Positions 54,720 through 64,000 of a stretch of DNA of 64,000 nucleotides are shown here, one piece after another. The stretch is from Thermoplasmata archaeon (GTDB taxonomy: Archaea > Thermoplasmatota > Thermoplasmata > Lutacidiplasmatales > UBA184), in NCBI GenBank assembly GCA_022749895.1, contig JAKIWS010000001.1:7891-71890 (forward strand), read 5' to 3'. Positions within the stretch are counted from its first letter, which is position 1. The number at the start of each line of letters is the position of its first letter. The notes under the pieces are model-generated. The model did not search any database. It was not told where the DNA came from and was given only the letters and a program-made list of their open reading frames with translations. The position numbers and the translations under genes are program-made.

Positions 54720-55832
54720 GTGCGCGTCGCCCCCCGGTTGATTCTCAGCGCCGAAGAGCGCGAAGTGCTCCTTCGATGGAGCCGCGGCCGTGCGGTGGAC
54801 CCCGAGCGCGCGCGTCGATCCAACATCGTACTTCGCGCGGCCGACGGCGCACGTAACACCGAGATCGCCCGCGCGGTCGGCGTCAGCCGGCTCACGGCGG
54901 CGCGCTGGCGCGACCGGTTCATGGTGGCGCGTCTTCGGGGCGTGGGCGACGCGGGCGAGCGGGCCCCGCGACGCGAAACGGTCCCGGCCGAGGTCGTTCA
55001 GTCGATCGTCCGCGCGACGACGTCGCCCAGCCCGCGGGGCGCCCGGGGGTGGAGCACGCGATCGCTGGGGCAGAGATTCCATGTCAGCCACATGACCGTA
55101 CGCCGGATTTGGCAGGCCTACGACATCGCCCCAGTCCGGTACGAGCCCACGCCCGTCCGACCCGATCCGTCGAGCCCGCTCATTGCGGCGGATGTCGCCG
55201 GCCTCTACCTCCACCCGCCCGACTTCGCGGTCGCCATTGTCCTCAACGCCCAAGACCAGCCGAACTCCCTGAGTGGGCCGCGCGGCCCCGGCGGGGGGGA
55301 GTCGGAGCCCGTAGCGCGTCGACAGGAGCTTGGGCCGGCGTCCCGGCTCCGCGAGGTGCTCCGGCCCCTCCCCCCCCACGCGCGACCTTGGCCCTCCCCG
55401 GAGCGCCGCGGTTCGGGGCTCTTGCGATTCCTGGGCGGAATCGACCGACGCGTGGACCCGTCGACCGATGTGCGGGTTCTCGTCGGCGGCCCCACGGCGG
55501 AGACGACCCCGGCGATCGCGCGGTGGCGGGTGCGTCATCCGAATATTCGACTCGAGTCGTTCCCGCACACCGAGCGCTGGCGCGTTCGGGCCCTGACCGA
55601 GCTGCGCCAATTGGTCGGCGCGGCGCCGACGACCCGCCGCCCAGGGGGGCCGGCGGAGCGCGCGCGCGCGATCGCCGGATTGGTCGGGTCGTTCGCGGAC
55701 GAACAACGCCCCTTCGAGTGGACGGCGAGCCGTCTCGAGATCCGGTCCCGAGCGGCCGCCGACCGGTTACGCTACGACCTAGCGGTTACAGGGCATCCGG
55801 GCTTCAAGAGCCGCGCGCGCCTCCCGGAGTCG
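54720..55832 (+). mobile_element. IS630-family (DDE_3) transposase-derived region, full length but with eroded catalytic residues, in frame with the downstream domain
   Basis: The N-terminal HTH pair is well preserved (LSAEEREVLLRWSRGR...RSNIVLRAADGARNTEIARAVGVSRLTAARWRDRF; GWSTRSLGQRFHVSHMTVRRIWQ), as are DVAGLYLHPPD and the C-terminal PFEWT. The expected VDEKxQ, LDNYxTHK and W(L)N.VE positions read VLNAQDQ, VGGPTAET and RWRVRAL. I found no terminal inverted repeats. Confidence 0.6.
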
Positions 55833-56957
55833 ATGACGGGACGAAGCAGCGCCGAAGTGTCGGAGCGTGCGCTCGCGCGGATGGTGCTCCGCAAGTCCCT
55901 CCGGGTGCACGCCGGCGAGCACGTGACGATCGAGAGCTGGACGGAGACCCTGCCGGCCGCGAACGCGTTCGTCCTCGAGTCGCTGCTGCTCGGCGCCCGC
56001 CCGCTGCTCCTCTACCAGGACGAACCGACCTACTGGGCCGCGGCGGCCGAGGTCCGGCCGGAGTTCCTCGCCCGCTTGGGGGAGCATCGCCGTGCGGCGA
56101 TGGAGCGCACGGATGTTCTCGTGAGCTTCTTCGGCCCCAGCGACCGGGAACGGGTGCATGCGATGCCCCGCCCTACGATGCTCAAGCTGGGGGAGTACCG
56201 CGACGCGCTCTACCGCGCGGCCGCCCGGAGCGGCGCCAGGGCCGTTCAGATGGCGGTGGGGCGTGCGTCGGCCGCCTCGGCCCGCATGTACGGCGTCGAG
56301 CTCGACCGGTGGAAACACGAGCTCAACGCGGCGACGCTCGTCGACCCCGCCAAGCTGCACGCGGTCGGGATCGCCCTCCGCCGGCGACTCGAACGCGGAC
56401 GCGAGCTCCGGATCACGCACCCGAACGGAACCGACCTCCGCCTCTACCTCAAGCATCGGCGACCCTCGCTCGTTGACGGGATCGTTCCGCCCGCGTCGCC
56501 GAAAGGGGATTGGAACATGGTCACCCTGCCCGCGGGGGTCGTCAACGTCGCGCTCGACGAGCAGCAGGCCGAGGGGGTGCTGCGCGCGAACGTAGCCAGC
56601 TCGGTCGGAATGTCGGATACCGTCGGGGAGGTCGGCGGGGGGCGTTGGACGTTCGCGAAGGGACGGCTGACCCGGTTCACGTACGAGCAGGGCGGAGAGT
56701 TCTTCTCGCCGAGCTACGCCCGCGCCGGGGCGGGCCGCGACCGCCCCGGGACCCTCTCGATCGGCCTCAACCCTCGGATCGCGATGGCCCCGCTCCTCGA
56801 GGACCAGGGGCTCGGAACCGTCACCTTGCAGATCGGGCGGAACGATCACGCAGGAGGGTCGACCCGGTCCGACTGGTGGGCGTGGTTGCTCCTCCGCGAC
56901 GCACGCGCCGTCCTCGACGGAAAGATCCTGCTGGACCGCGGCCGCCTTCACCCGTGA
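55833..56957 (+). CDS. M29 (aminopeptidase T/AmpS)-like domain protein; part of the single 745-aa ORF 54720..56957, possibly initiated independently at ATG 55833
   Basis: ERALARMVLRKSLRVHAGEHVTIESW..., THPNGTDLRL, LSIGLNPR, GTVTLQIGRN follow the M29 fold pattern. Several positions I remember as metal ligands appear substituted. Confidence 0.55.
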   Translation: MTGRSSAEVSERALARMVLRKSLRVHAGEHVTIESWTETLPAANAFVLESLLLGARPLLLYQDEPTYWAAAAEVRPEFLARLGEHRRAAMERTDVLVSFFGPSDRERVHAMPRPTMLKLGEYRDALYRAAARSGARAVQMAVGRASAASARMYGVELDRWKHELNAATLVDPAKLHAVGIALRRRLERGRELRITHPNGTDLRLYLKHRRPSLVDGIVPPASPKGDWNMVTLPAGVVNVALDEQQAEGVLRANVASSVGMSDTVGEVGGGRWTFAKGRLTRFTYEQGGEFFSPSYARAGAGRDRPGTLSIGLNPRIAMAPLLEDQGLGTVTLQIGRNDHAGGSTRSDWWAWLLLRDARAVLDGKILLDRGRLHP

Positions 56958-56997
56958 CCGGCCCGGGGGCTCGTCCGGTCGGGGCGACGAGACCGGC

Positions 56998-57966
56998 GTG
57001 ACGGCGCTCGGAGTCGACCTACTTCTCCTCGCCGCGTTCGCCTTCGCGGCGAGCATCGGGGCCCACTACACCGGCGCGTGCATGGGCATGCCCTACGCAG
57101 CCCGGGCGATCACCGCGAAGCGGGCCCTCCTTCTCATGGCGCTCCTCGCGTTCGTCGGCGCCGCGCTCGCCAGCCGCGCGGTCGAGCAGACGGTCGGGCA
57201 CGGCATCCTCGGCGGCGGCCCGGTCACGATCGGGCTCGCGCTCAGCATCCTCGTGGTCGCCCTCGCGCTCACGAGCGCCTACAACTTCCTCGCGCTGCCG
57301 ACCTCGACGATCCAGATCCTCGTCTTCTCGGCCGTCGGAGCGGGTCTCGCCGCCGGCGTTCCGGTCCACTGGAGCACGATCGGAACGTTGCTCCTGGTCT
57401 GGGCTTCGGCGCCGCTCGTCGCCATCGGCGCCGGGTACCTCGTCATCCGGATCATCGACCGGTGGAAACCGGCCGCGTCGACCCCGGGGCCGCTGGCTCC
57501 GATGGCCGCCGCGGGGCTCGTCGCCGTGGGGGCCGGAGCGTCGTTCGCGATGGGCGCGAACGATGTCGCGAACGCGTCCGGAGCGTTCGTGATGACGGGC
57601 GTGCTCGGCCTGTTCGCCGCCGCCCTCGTCGGTGGCGTCGGCCTTGCGATGGGGATACTCACCTGGGGTCGGCCGCTCCTCGAGCGGGTCGCGTTCGGTC
57701 TCGTCCGACTCGACCCCCGGATGGCGATCGCTTCCCAGCTCGTCCAGGCCGGTGTAATCCTGGCCTTCGTCACCGTGGGCTACTTCACCTCGATCAACCA
57801 GGCGCTCGTCGGGGCGATGGTGGGGGTCGGTCTGGCGCGTCAGCGGTCGACCGTGAAGTGGGCGACGATCCGCGACCTTCTCGGAGGGTGGGCGCTCGGA
57901 CCGACCTCCGGGCTCGCGCTGGGATTCGCTCTCACCTGGGTGCTCCGGACCCAGGGTTGGGTCTAA
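56998..57966 (+). CDS. Inorganic phosphate transporter, PiT family
   Basis: Polytopic protein with the GANDVANASG signature in the second half. GTG start. Confidence 0.7.
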   Translation: MTALGVDLLLLAAFAFAASIGAHYTGACMGMPYAARAITAKRALLLMALLAFVGAALASRAVEQTVGHGILGGGPVTIGLALSILVVALALTSAYNFLALPTSTIQILVFSAVGAGLAAGVPVHWSTIGTLLLVWASAPLVAIGAGYLVIRIIDRWKPAASTPGPLAPMAAAGLVAVGAGASFAMGANDVANASGAFVMTGVLGLFAAALVGGVGLAMGILTWGRPLLERVAFGLVRLDPRMAIASQLVQAGVILAFVTVGYFTSINQALVGAMVGVGLARQRSTVKWATIRDLLGGWALGPTSGLALGFALTWVLRTQGWV

Positions 57967-58170
57967 TGCCCCCCGTGCCAGGAGCCCCCAACGGTTAGAT
58001 AGCCGGATCACTAGTGACCGTCCGACCCCAGGGTCAGGAGGTTCTCGGAGCAATGACCGTCGATCAGATTTCTCGTGCGCCGGGAACCCGCTGAGCCCCG
58101 CTCGGCGACCTGGCGCGGCGCTGCCGCGCGTGAACGCCCCCCTTCGCACCAAGGTTCACCAAGCTCTCCG

Positions 58171-58920
58171 ATGCCCAACGACCCGTACCTCGACGCCAGC
58201 GTACGCTGGAAGATCCAGAGCGGCCACGCGCTCCTCCGCGAACCCCGCTACCGGGAGGTCGTCGAGTTCGTCACTGAATCCGGCCTCGCGACCGAGGTGC
58301 TCCGCCTGATAGGATCGGGCAAGGAGGCGGATGTCTACCTCGCTCGGGACGGCGCGACGCTCGTCGCCGTCAAGGTCTACCGGACCTACCGCACTGCGAA
58401 CCAGGTCCACCGGACGATGAAGCTCGACGCTATCGGCCATCTCGCGTCCTGGGAGTTCGAGCTGCTCACCTACGCGTGGAGCGATGGCGCGCCGGTGCCC
58501 CGCCCCCTCAAGCGCGAGGAGCACGCCTTCGCGATGCAGTACGTCGGGACCGTCGATCATCCCGCTCCCCGGTTGAAGGACGTCGCGGGCATCGACATGG
58601 AGACCCTCGCCCCACGGGTCGTCGCGGCGGTCGAGCGGTTGGTCGAGGCGGGCGTCGTCCACACCGACCTGAGCCCGTACAACATCCTCGTCGACCGCCA
58701 GACGCCGTGGATCATCGACGTGGGGAAGTGCCTCCGGGTGGACCGGCTCGGGGCACCCCCGTGGCTCAAGGTACACCAGGCTCGGGAAGCGCTGACCGCC
58801 GGCGCGCAGCATCTCGCTCGGTTCTTCGCGGGCCGCGGCGTGCGCCTCGACGCCGCGTCCCTCGTCGAGCGCTGGGGCCACAGCATCGAACGGTTCGGAA
58901 GGTTCTCTTCCGCCGCGTAG
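58171..58920 (+). CDS. RIO-type serine/threonine protein kinase
   Basis: IGSGKEADVYLA, VAVKVYR, VHTDLSPYNILV, IIDVGKC. Confidence 0.65.
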   Translation: MPNDPYLDASVRWKIQSGHALLREPRYREVVEFVTESGLATEVLRLIGSGKEADVYLARDGATLVAVKVYRTYRTANQVHRTMKLDAIGHLASWEFELLTYAWSDGAPVPRPLKREEHAFAMQYVGTVDHPAPRLKDVAGIDMETLAPRVVAAVERLVEAGVVHTDLSPYNILVDRQTPWIIDVGKCLRVDRLGAPPWLKVHQAREALTAGAQHLARFFAGRGVRLDAASLVERWGHSIERFGRFSSAA

Positions 58921-59051
58921 CTTTGGTACCGCGTCCGACGCGCGGTGGCCCGGTCGGGCGAACGGCGCGAATGCCCGGGGGGAATCCCCTGGTCGGACGG
59001 GGCTCGGTTTCATCCTCCGGGCACACCTCGCTCGTCCGGGACGGTGGGACC

Positions 59052-59393
59052 ATGCCGCTGATCGAGGAGCCCGAGCGGTGGACCGGGGAGCGCCTTCGAC
59101 CGATGCTCGCCGAGTTCCATGGAGAGCTCGTCGAGATCGCGAACTCGTTCGATGGGCCGCCCCGAGGGCCGGTCCTGGACGCGTTGGGGATGCTGACGGC
59201 GCGGGGGCTCGCCTCCGCCGCCGCCGAGCTCGCGGAGGCGGCGCAGATGGACGGGCTGCCGTTGCGGTTCCAGGTCGCGGCCGTGAACGTGGCCTACGAA
59301 GCGGTCGTCGCCTCGATCGACCTCATGAAGTCCCATACCGCCGGGCCGAAGGTCCCGTCGCGCCGCCCGCCCTCGTCGGCTCCCCCGCCCTGA
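59052..59393 (+). CDS. Hypothetical helical protein
   Basis: 114 aa from the ATG at 59052 within the larger ORF 58476..59393. It has reasonable codon bias and no motif I recognise. Confidence 0.3.
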   Translation: MPLIEEPERWTGERLRPMLAEFHGELVEIANSFDGPPRGPVLDALGMLTARGLASAAAELAEAAQMDGLPLRFQVAAVNVAYEAVVASIDLMKSHTAGPKVPSRRPPSSAPPP

Positions 59394-59441
59394 CGCGACC
59401 TCGGGCCGTCGCCCCTCCGCGTTCAAGTAGTTCGCTGCCCG

Positions 59442-59813
59442 GTGACCCCGCCGGCGGGACCCCGGAGGATGGAGAGGCTTTCGACCGCGGATTTCTCGGG
59501 CGATCGGCTGGCGGCGGCGCTCGATACGGCGGTCTGCTTCTACGCCGGCTGGTGCCCGTTCTGTGTCGACTTCCTGCCCCGGTTCGCCGCCCTGGAAGGG
59601 ACGGTGCCGTTTCGGCTCGCGCTCGCCGACATCTCCGACGAGTCGACGCCGCTCTGGGAAACGTTCGGGATCGCGATCGTCCCGACCCTGGTAGCGTTCC
59701 GAGCCGGGCGGATCTTCTGGAGGAAGGACGGGGTAGGGGGGTACGGGCTCGACGACCACGACCTGGCCGCCCTTCAAAGGGCGTTCATCACCCCGTCGCC
59801 CCCACCGAAATAG
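59442..59813 (+). CDS. Thioredoxin-fold protein
   Basis: WCPFC active-site motif and VPTLVAF (cis-Pro region). GTG start. Confidence 0.7.
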   Translation: MTPPAGPRRMERLSTADFSGDRLAAALDTAVCFYAGWCPFCVDFLPRFAALEGTVPFRLALADISDESTPLWETFGIAIVPTLVAFRAGRIFWRKDGVGGYGLDDHDLAALQRAFITPSPPPK

Positions 59814-59937
59814 GTCTGGGACTCGGCGGCCCGTTTTCCGGGATCCGGGGCCGATCCGGACCGCGAATCCCTAGCCTACCGGGGTCGGCAACTGGGCCAA
59901 TACGTATGAAGGGGGACGTTTGTGGGTACGGCACAGC

Positions 59938-60405
59938 ATGGCGGCACGGGCACCTCGCGGCGCGGTTCGGCACGGTGCGCGTGCGGTTCGAAGGTGCGCG
60001 AGCTGCGGTCGAACGCCTCGAACCGGCGAGATGCCGCCGATCCCCGGGGCTCGCCTGATTCGGTTGTGCACGGCCTGCGGTCGCGCGGAGCAATCCCCCG
60101 ACGGGTACTCCCGGCGCCTACGGATGGTGAAGGGCTTCCCGGTCCAATGCTTCGTGTGCGGACGCTGGGGCCTGCTCCCCGTGCCCCTGGGCCTGGGGGT
60201 TCGGCCGGAGCACATCGTCTGCCCCGGTTGCCAGACGCGCTGGCCCAAGCCCGCGACGCTCGCGTACCCCCGGCTGCGACCGAACCGACGGGCCCAATCG
60301 GGCGGTTCCGCGAATCCCGGAGGCGCCAAGGCGACCTTTGCTCCGCTCCAGAGTTTCAGCCGACATCTACGTCGACGCGCCCCGCCGTCGCCGCTCCGAC
60401 TGTAA
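59938..60405 (+). CDS. Small basic protein with four CxxC motifs (two zinc ribbons)
   Basis: CASCG-x19-CTACG and CFVCG-x20-CPGC. Several overlapping ORFs compete in this GC-rich stretch, so the frame choice rests only on the Cys pattern. Confidence 0.35.
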   Translation: MAARAPRGAVRHGARAVRRCASCGRTPRTGEMPPIPGARLIRLCTACGRAEQSPDGYSRRLRMVKGFPVQCFVCGRWGLLPVPLGLGVRPEHIVCPGCQTRWPKPATLAYPRLRPNRRAQSGGSANPGGAKATFAPLQSFSRHLRRRAPPSPLRL

Positions 60406-60456
60406 CGGTCGAAGTCGGCCCCGACGATTTCTCGCACCCGTGACCCGGCGCCGGGG

Positions 60457-61383
60457 CTAGGACCCGTTGCGGTCGTCCAACCGTGGAGCGAACTCGGCGA
60501 GCATGGTGGCGGCGGTCGCGAGATGCCGCTGGGTCACCTGCTCGATGTTGACCCCGACCGGGACCTCGACGTGCGCGCGTTCGATCCCGCGCCGCACCTC
60601 GTCCCACAGGCGGAGCGCCTGGGCGATCGACCGCGCGGAGGCGCCGGTTTCATCGCCGTTGAGGATCGTCCGCTCGGCGGCCTCGGGGATGTCCGCGCCG
60701 AGCCACCGGATGAACTGGGCGTCCCCCTCGTCGGCGAGCGGGGCGACGCTGAGCAGCACCGCGGCCGGGGCCAGCCCCGCCTGGGCGCAGAGACGTCCGT
60801 ACTCCTGGATCATCTTGAGGACCGCATCGCTGTCGAACAGGATCTGCGTCGTGAAGAACGAGGCGCCCGAGCGGGTCTTCCCGAGCATCCGGTGCGCTTC
60901 GCCGGTGCGTTGGGGGATCGCAATGTTCCCCAGACGGCCCCCGGCCTCCGCCACCAGGGGGTGACAGACCCGGTTCGCCTCCGTCACCGCCGGTCCCGGG
61001 TACGGGATGTACCGGCTGGAGCCGCCGACGAGGACGAAGTTACGGATCCCCCGCTCGATCGTCTCCCGCATCCATACCGCGAGGGCGTCGACGCTTGGGA
61101 GGTGGGCGACGACCTTGTTGACGATGACCTCGCAGCCGGTCCGTTCGCCGACCGTCCGCCCGAACTCCGGGGGATGGAGCGACCGGTAGTACGGGCGCCC
61201 GTCGTGGTTCTCGTCCACGAGCTCGGGGATATCGACGGCGTCGAGGCGCGGGACGCCGGCGAGGAGACGGACGACCTCGTCGATATGCGCCTTCACCCGG
61301 GCCGGGGACGATCGCGCGGAGGGGGGGAGGGGTTCAAAGAACAGCGGTCGTTCGGCGAGCGCTTCCGCGAACGATCGTCGCAT
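60457..61383 (-). CDS. Methylenetetrahydrofolate reductase (MetF/MTHFR-family) protein
   Basis: TIM-barrel MTHFR pattern: FEPLPP..., NFVLVGG, FFTTQILFD. ATG 61383 chosen. Confidence 0.65.
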   Translation of the reverse strand: MRRSFAEALAERPLFFEPLPPSARSSPARVKAHIDEVVRLLAGVPRLDAVDIPELVDENHDGRPYYRSLHPPEFGRTVGERTGCEVIVNKVVAHLPSVDALAVWMRETIERGIRNFVLVGGSSRYIPYPGPAVTEANRVCHPLVAEAGGRLGNIAIPQRTGEAHRMLGKTRSGASFFTTQILFDSDAVLKMIQEYGRLCAQAGLAPAAVLLSVAPLADEGDAQFIRWLGADIPEAAERTILNGDETGASARSIAQALRLWDEVRRGIERAHVEVPVGVNIEQVTQRHLATAATMLAEFAPRLDDRNGS

Positions 61384-61513
61384 CGTGGACCGGCGCTCCG
61401 AGGAACGACGGCGAACGACGCGGCGGGCGTTATGACGTTTCAGAGGCGGCCGCGGGTTGCGGGCGGTGCAATCGTCAGTCGCTCCGAGCAAGACGACCCG
61501 GGGGAGGACCGGA

Positions 61514-62365
61514 TCACCCCTCGGGGGGCGGTAGGCGGAACAGTTTCCGTGCGTTCCCGCCCAAGATCTGCGCCCTCGCGGACGACGGCAGGTCGAGCCC
61601 CTCCACCATCTTGACCGCGAGGGCGATCGATTCCAACGGCCAATCGGAACCGTACAGGACCCGGTCGGCGGTCCCCATCGTGGCGATGGCGTTCGCGAGA
61701 CGCCGCTGCGCCCGCTCGACCATCGCGTCGTAGAACGGGAGCCGGGGCGACCAGACCAGGCCGGAGGTGTCGGCGTAGACGTTCTCGTTCTTGTAGACGA
61801 CCTCGGCGGCCTCCTCCACCCAGGGGTTGCCCAGATGACAAAGCACGAACCGGACCTCCCGGTGGCGGACCGCGACCTCGTCGACCTCGATCGGGCGCGC
61901 GAACTTGACGAGCCCGTCCGGACTCAGCGTATCGCCTTGGTGGATCATCACGACCAGGTTCCGCCGCGCGGCGAACGCGTAGAGCGGCTCGAGCCGGGGG
62001 TCGTGCGGGTAGAACGGAAAGTACCCGGGGTAGAGCTTGATCGCGACCAGATCCGGGGTCGCTTCCCAGGCGCGGAGCGCCTCCGCGACGACGTCGGGGC
62101 CGTCGAGCGGATTCACGGTCGACGTCCGCAGCAGGCGACCGTGACTCTCCTTCGCGAGCCGCGCCCCCTCCTCGAGCGTGTCGGCGACGTGGGGGGCGGT
62201 GTCGAGCTGGAGGAGGACCGCGTGGCCGATCCCCTCGGCGTCGAGCTCGCGCAAGAGGCCGGGAACGGTGAATTCGAGGTCGGGGGCGTAGAACGACGTC
62301 GGCTGATTTTCCCAGAAGGCGCTCAAATGAACGTGGACGTCGACGCGGGAGGGGCCGGGGGTCAT
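61514..62365 (-). CDS. Amidohydrolase-2 family metal-dependent hydrolase
   Basis: VDVHVHL N-terminal metal motif, VMIHQGD, LCHLGNPW, YGSDWP. Confidence 0.75.
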   Translation of the reverse strand: MTPGPSRVDVHVHLSAFWENQPTSFYAPDLEFTVPGLLRELDAEGIGHAVLLQLDTAPHVADTLEEGARLAKESHGRLLRTSTVNPLDGPDVVAEALRAWEATPDLVAIKLYPGYFPFYPHDPRLEPLYAFAARRNLVVMIHQGDTLSPDGLVKFARPIEVDEVAVRHREVRFVLCHLGNPWVEEAAEVVYKNENVYADTSGLVWSPRLPFYDAMVERAQRRLANAIATMGTADRVLYGSDWPLESIALAVKMVEGLDLPSSARAQILGGNARKLFRLPPPEG

Positions 62366-62456
62366 CGGCGGAACCTCAGCCGGGGCAGAGGAAAACGGTG
62401 CGGCTCCCGGCCGGTTTCTTATCTCCCCGGCGCTTGGTAGCTAGGCCGCACCCACC

Positions 62457-63953
62457 ATGACCGCGCCCGAGGAGTGGCTAAGCTATCCGGACGCGCCCCG
62501 GATGCTCCACCTCCCGCCGGGGCCTCGATCGAAGGAGCTCCTCGCGGTGCAGCATCGGCTCGAGACCGACGCGGTCGTCTACCCGCGCCATTTCCCCATC
62601 GCGATCGCCGAAGCCCGCGGCGCGACGGTCGAGGACGTCGACGGCAACCGGTACATCGATTGGGTCTCCGGGATCTCGGTGCTCAACCTCGGGCACCGGC
62701 ACCCGAAGGTGCAGGCGGCCGTGGAGAAGCAGCTCGCGCGCGTGTGGCATGCCCTCGAGATCCCGACGGAGGCGCGGATCGAGTTCCTGCAGGAGCTCGT
62801 CGCGTCCCTTCCGGGCGGCCTTCGGAACCACGCCAAGGTCCTGTTCACGGTGACCGGGGGCGACGCCGTCGAGACGGCCGTGAACCTCGCGGAGTTCGCG
62901 ACGAAGCGCCGCGGGGTCGTCGCGTTCTCGGGCGCGTACCACGGCGTCCACGGCGGCTCGGTCAACTTGACGAGCGGACGGAAGTACCACGAAACGAGCG
63001 CGTTCCACGGGGGGACGATCATCCGCGTGCCGTTCCCGGACCCGTACCGCCCTGTCCTCGACCCGGACGGGGGCTGCGCGAACCTGATGCGCTACCTGGA
63101 CCACCTCGTCGATGACCCGTACTCGGGGGTCGACGCGCTCGCGGGCGTGGTCGTCGAACCGATCCTCGGCGAAGGCGGCTACGTGCTCCCTCCGGACGAG
63201 TTCCTCCCCGCGCTCCGGGCGTTCTGCGACCGCCACGATCTGCTCCTGATCGTCGACGAGATCCAGAGCGGGCTCGGCCGGACCGGGCGGATGTGGGCCG
63301 TCGACCATGTCGGCGTGACGCCCGACATCGTCTGCATCGCCAAGACGATCGGGGGGGGAATCCCGCTTTCGCTCATCGCCTACCGCGCCGACCTCGTGCC
63401 GGAGCTCCCGCCCGCCTTCCACATCGGCACGTTCCGCGCCAACCCGCTGGCCCTCGCCGCGGGGGCGGAGGTGCTGCGGCTGCTCCGCGGGGGCGACCTC
63501 CTCGAGCGGACCGCCCGCCGGGGCGAGGAGACGAAGCGTCGCTTCTCGGAGATCGCGACGACGCACGCGTCGATCGGCGACGTGCGGGGACGCGGCTTCA
63601 TGATCGGCGTCGATTTCGTCAAGGACGGGCCGGGACGCACGGCGTGGGGCGACCGGGCGAAAGCGATGCGCCGCGAGCTGCTCAACCGCGGCGTCCTGAT
63701 GCACACCTGCGGCGCGAACGACAACGTCCTCCGGTTCATGGCGCCGCTCGTCATCGAGGACGAGCTCCTGGCCCGGGGCCTCGACCTGTTCGAGGCGTCG
63801 CTGAGCGCGCTGGACGCACCCCCGGTCCGGACCCCGACCGTCCCTCGATCGGTGACGCCCCTCGCCGGTCCGGCGCTCACGCGACCCCCCTCGATCGCGC
63901 CGCCGATCCACCCACCGCCCGCGCCGCCCCCGCCCGGTCGCAGCCTCCCGTGA
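62457..63953 (+). CDS. Class III PLP-dependent aminotransferase (GabT/ArgD-like) with Pro-rich C-terminal tail
   Basis: TGGDAVETAVNLA, DEIQSGLGRTGRMWA, PLP-lysine context CIAKTIGGG. Confidence 0.88.
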   Translation: MTAPEEWLSYPDAPRMLHLPPGPRSKELLAVQHRLETDAVVYPRHFPIAIAEARGATVEDVDGNRYIDWVSGISVLNLGHRHPKVQAAVEKQLARVWHALEIPTEARIEFLQELVASLPGGLRNHAKVLFTVTGGDAVETAVNLAEFATKRRGVVAFSGAYHGVHGGSVNLTSGRKYHETSAFHGGTIIRVPFPDPYRPVLDPDGGCANLMRYLDHLVDDPYSGVDALAGVVVEPILGEGGYVLPPDEFLPALRAFCDRHDLLLIVDEIQSGLGRTGRMWAVDHVGVTPDIVCIAKTIGGGIPLSLIAYRADLVPELPPAFHIGTFRANPLALAAGAEVLRLLRGGDLLERTARRGEETKRRFSEIATTHASIGDVRGRGFMIGVDFVKDGPGRTAWGDRAKAMRRELLNRGVLMHTCGANDNVLRFMAPLVIEDELLARGLDLFEASLSALDAPPVRTPTVPRSVTPLAGPALTRPPSIAPPIHPPPAPPPPGRSLP

Positions 63954-64000
63954 CGGTGAGCCCCGCGGGGCCCGGTCGGCCTACGCGCCGTAGTTGACGG

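Noticed and set aside
63981-64000. A possible 3' end of a minus-strand gene (...VNYGA-stop) entering from the right edge.
   Set aside because: Only about 6 codons lie inside the window, so it cannot be supported.
1-64000. CRISPR arrays, rRNA genes, intact IS elements with terminal inverted repeats, integrases other than XerA, and known defence-system signature genes.
   Set aside because: I saw none while reading both strands. The only mobile-element trace is the eroded IS630-like region at 54720..55832. A proper repeat finder or HMM scan would be needed to be certain.

Overview
This is a GC-rich archaeal chromosomal segment; G+C looks like about two-thirds by eye and was not computed. Archaeal identity rests on a thermosome, aIF2-beta, L21e, RpoF/Rpo4, Pus10, deoxyhypusine synthase, a XerA-type recombinase and a presenilin-type protease. 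A proline iminopeptidase of the tricorn-factor-F1 type, a class II LysRS and ThyX are compatible with a Thermoplasmatota-like organism, but that placement is only an inference. I support about 65 protein genes and 2 tRNAs (Cys-GCA, Lys-CUU). I found no rRNA and no CRISPR array. Most of the window is housekeeping: MetRS, ValRS, LysRS, ThyX, TtuA-like, and the conserved Pus10-L21e-RpoF-DUF655-KsgA block. These genes sit in tightly packed, often start/stop-overlapping operons. Many genes appear leaderless, with an AT-rich TATA-like box about 25-35 nt upstream of the start codon. Many ORFs in the six-frame track are high-GC shadow ORFs or spurious N-terminal extensions, and I re-set starts where domain logic and neighbouring genes demanded it. 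The most interesting parts are listed here. (1) A compositionally distinct islet lies 3' of tRNA-Lys, carrying vapBC, two tandem pilin-like cysteine-paired paralogues and a double-zinc-ribbon membrane protein. (2) A second surface cluster has a clear archaeal class III (type IV pilin-like) signal-peptide protein. (3) A full-length but catalytically eroded IS630-like transposase is read in frame into an M29-aminopeptidase-like domain. (4) A P-loop kinase has its Walker A motif upstream of any canonical start codon. (5) A secreted-protein gene is interrupted by an in-frame TAG. (6) An AT-rich codon patch sits exactly on the ThyX active-site motif. (7) There is a bacterial-type aceB-aceA glyoxylate-shunt operon. 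All functional calls come from motif recognition by eye; no database search was run.
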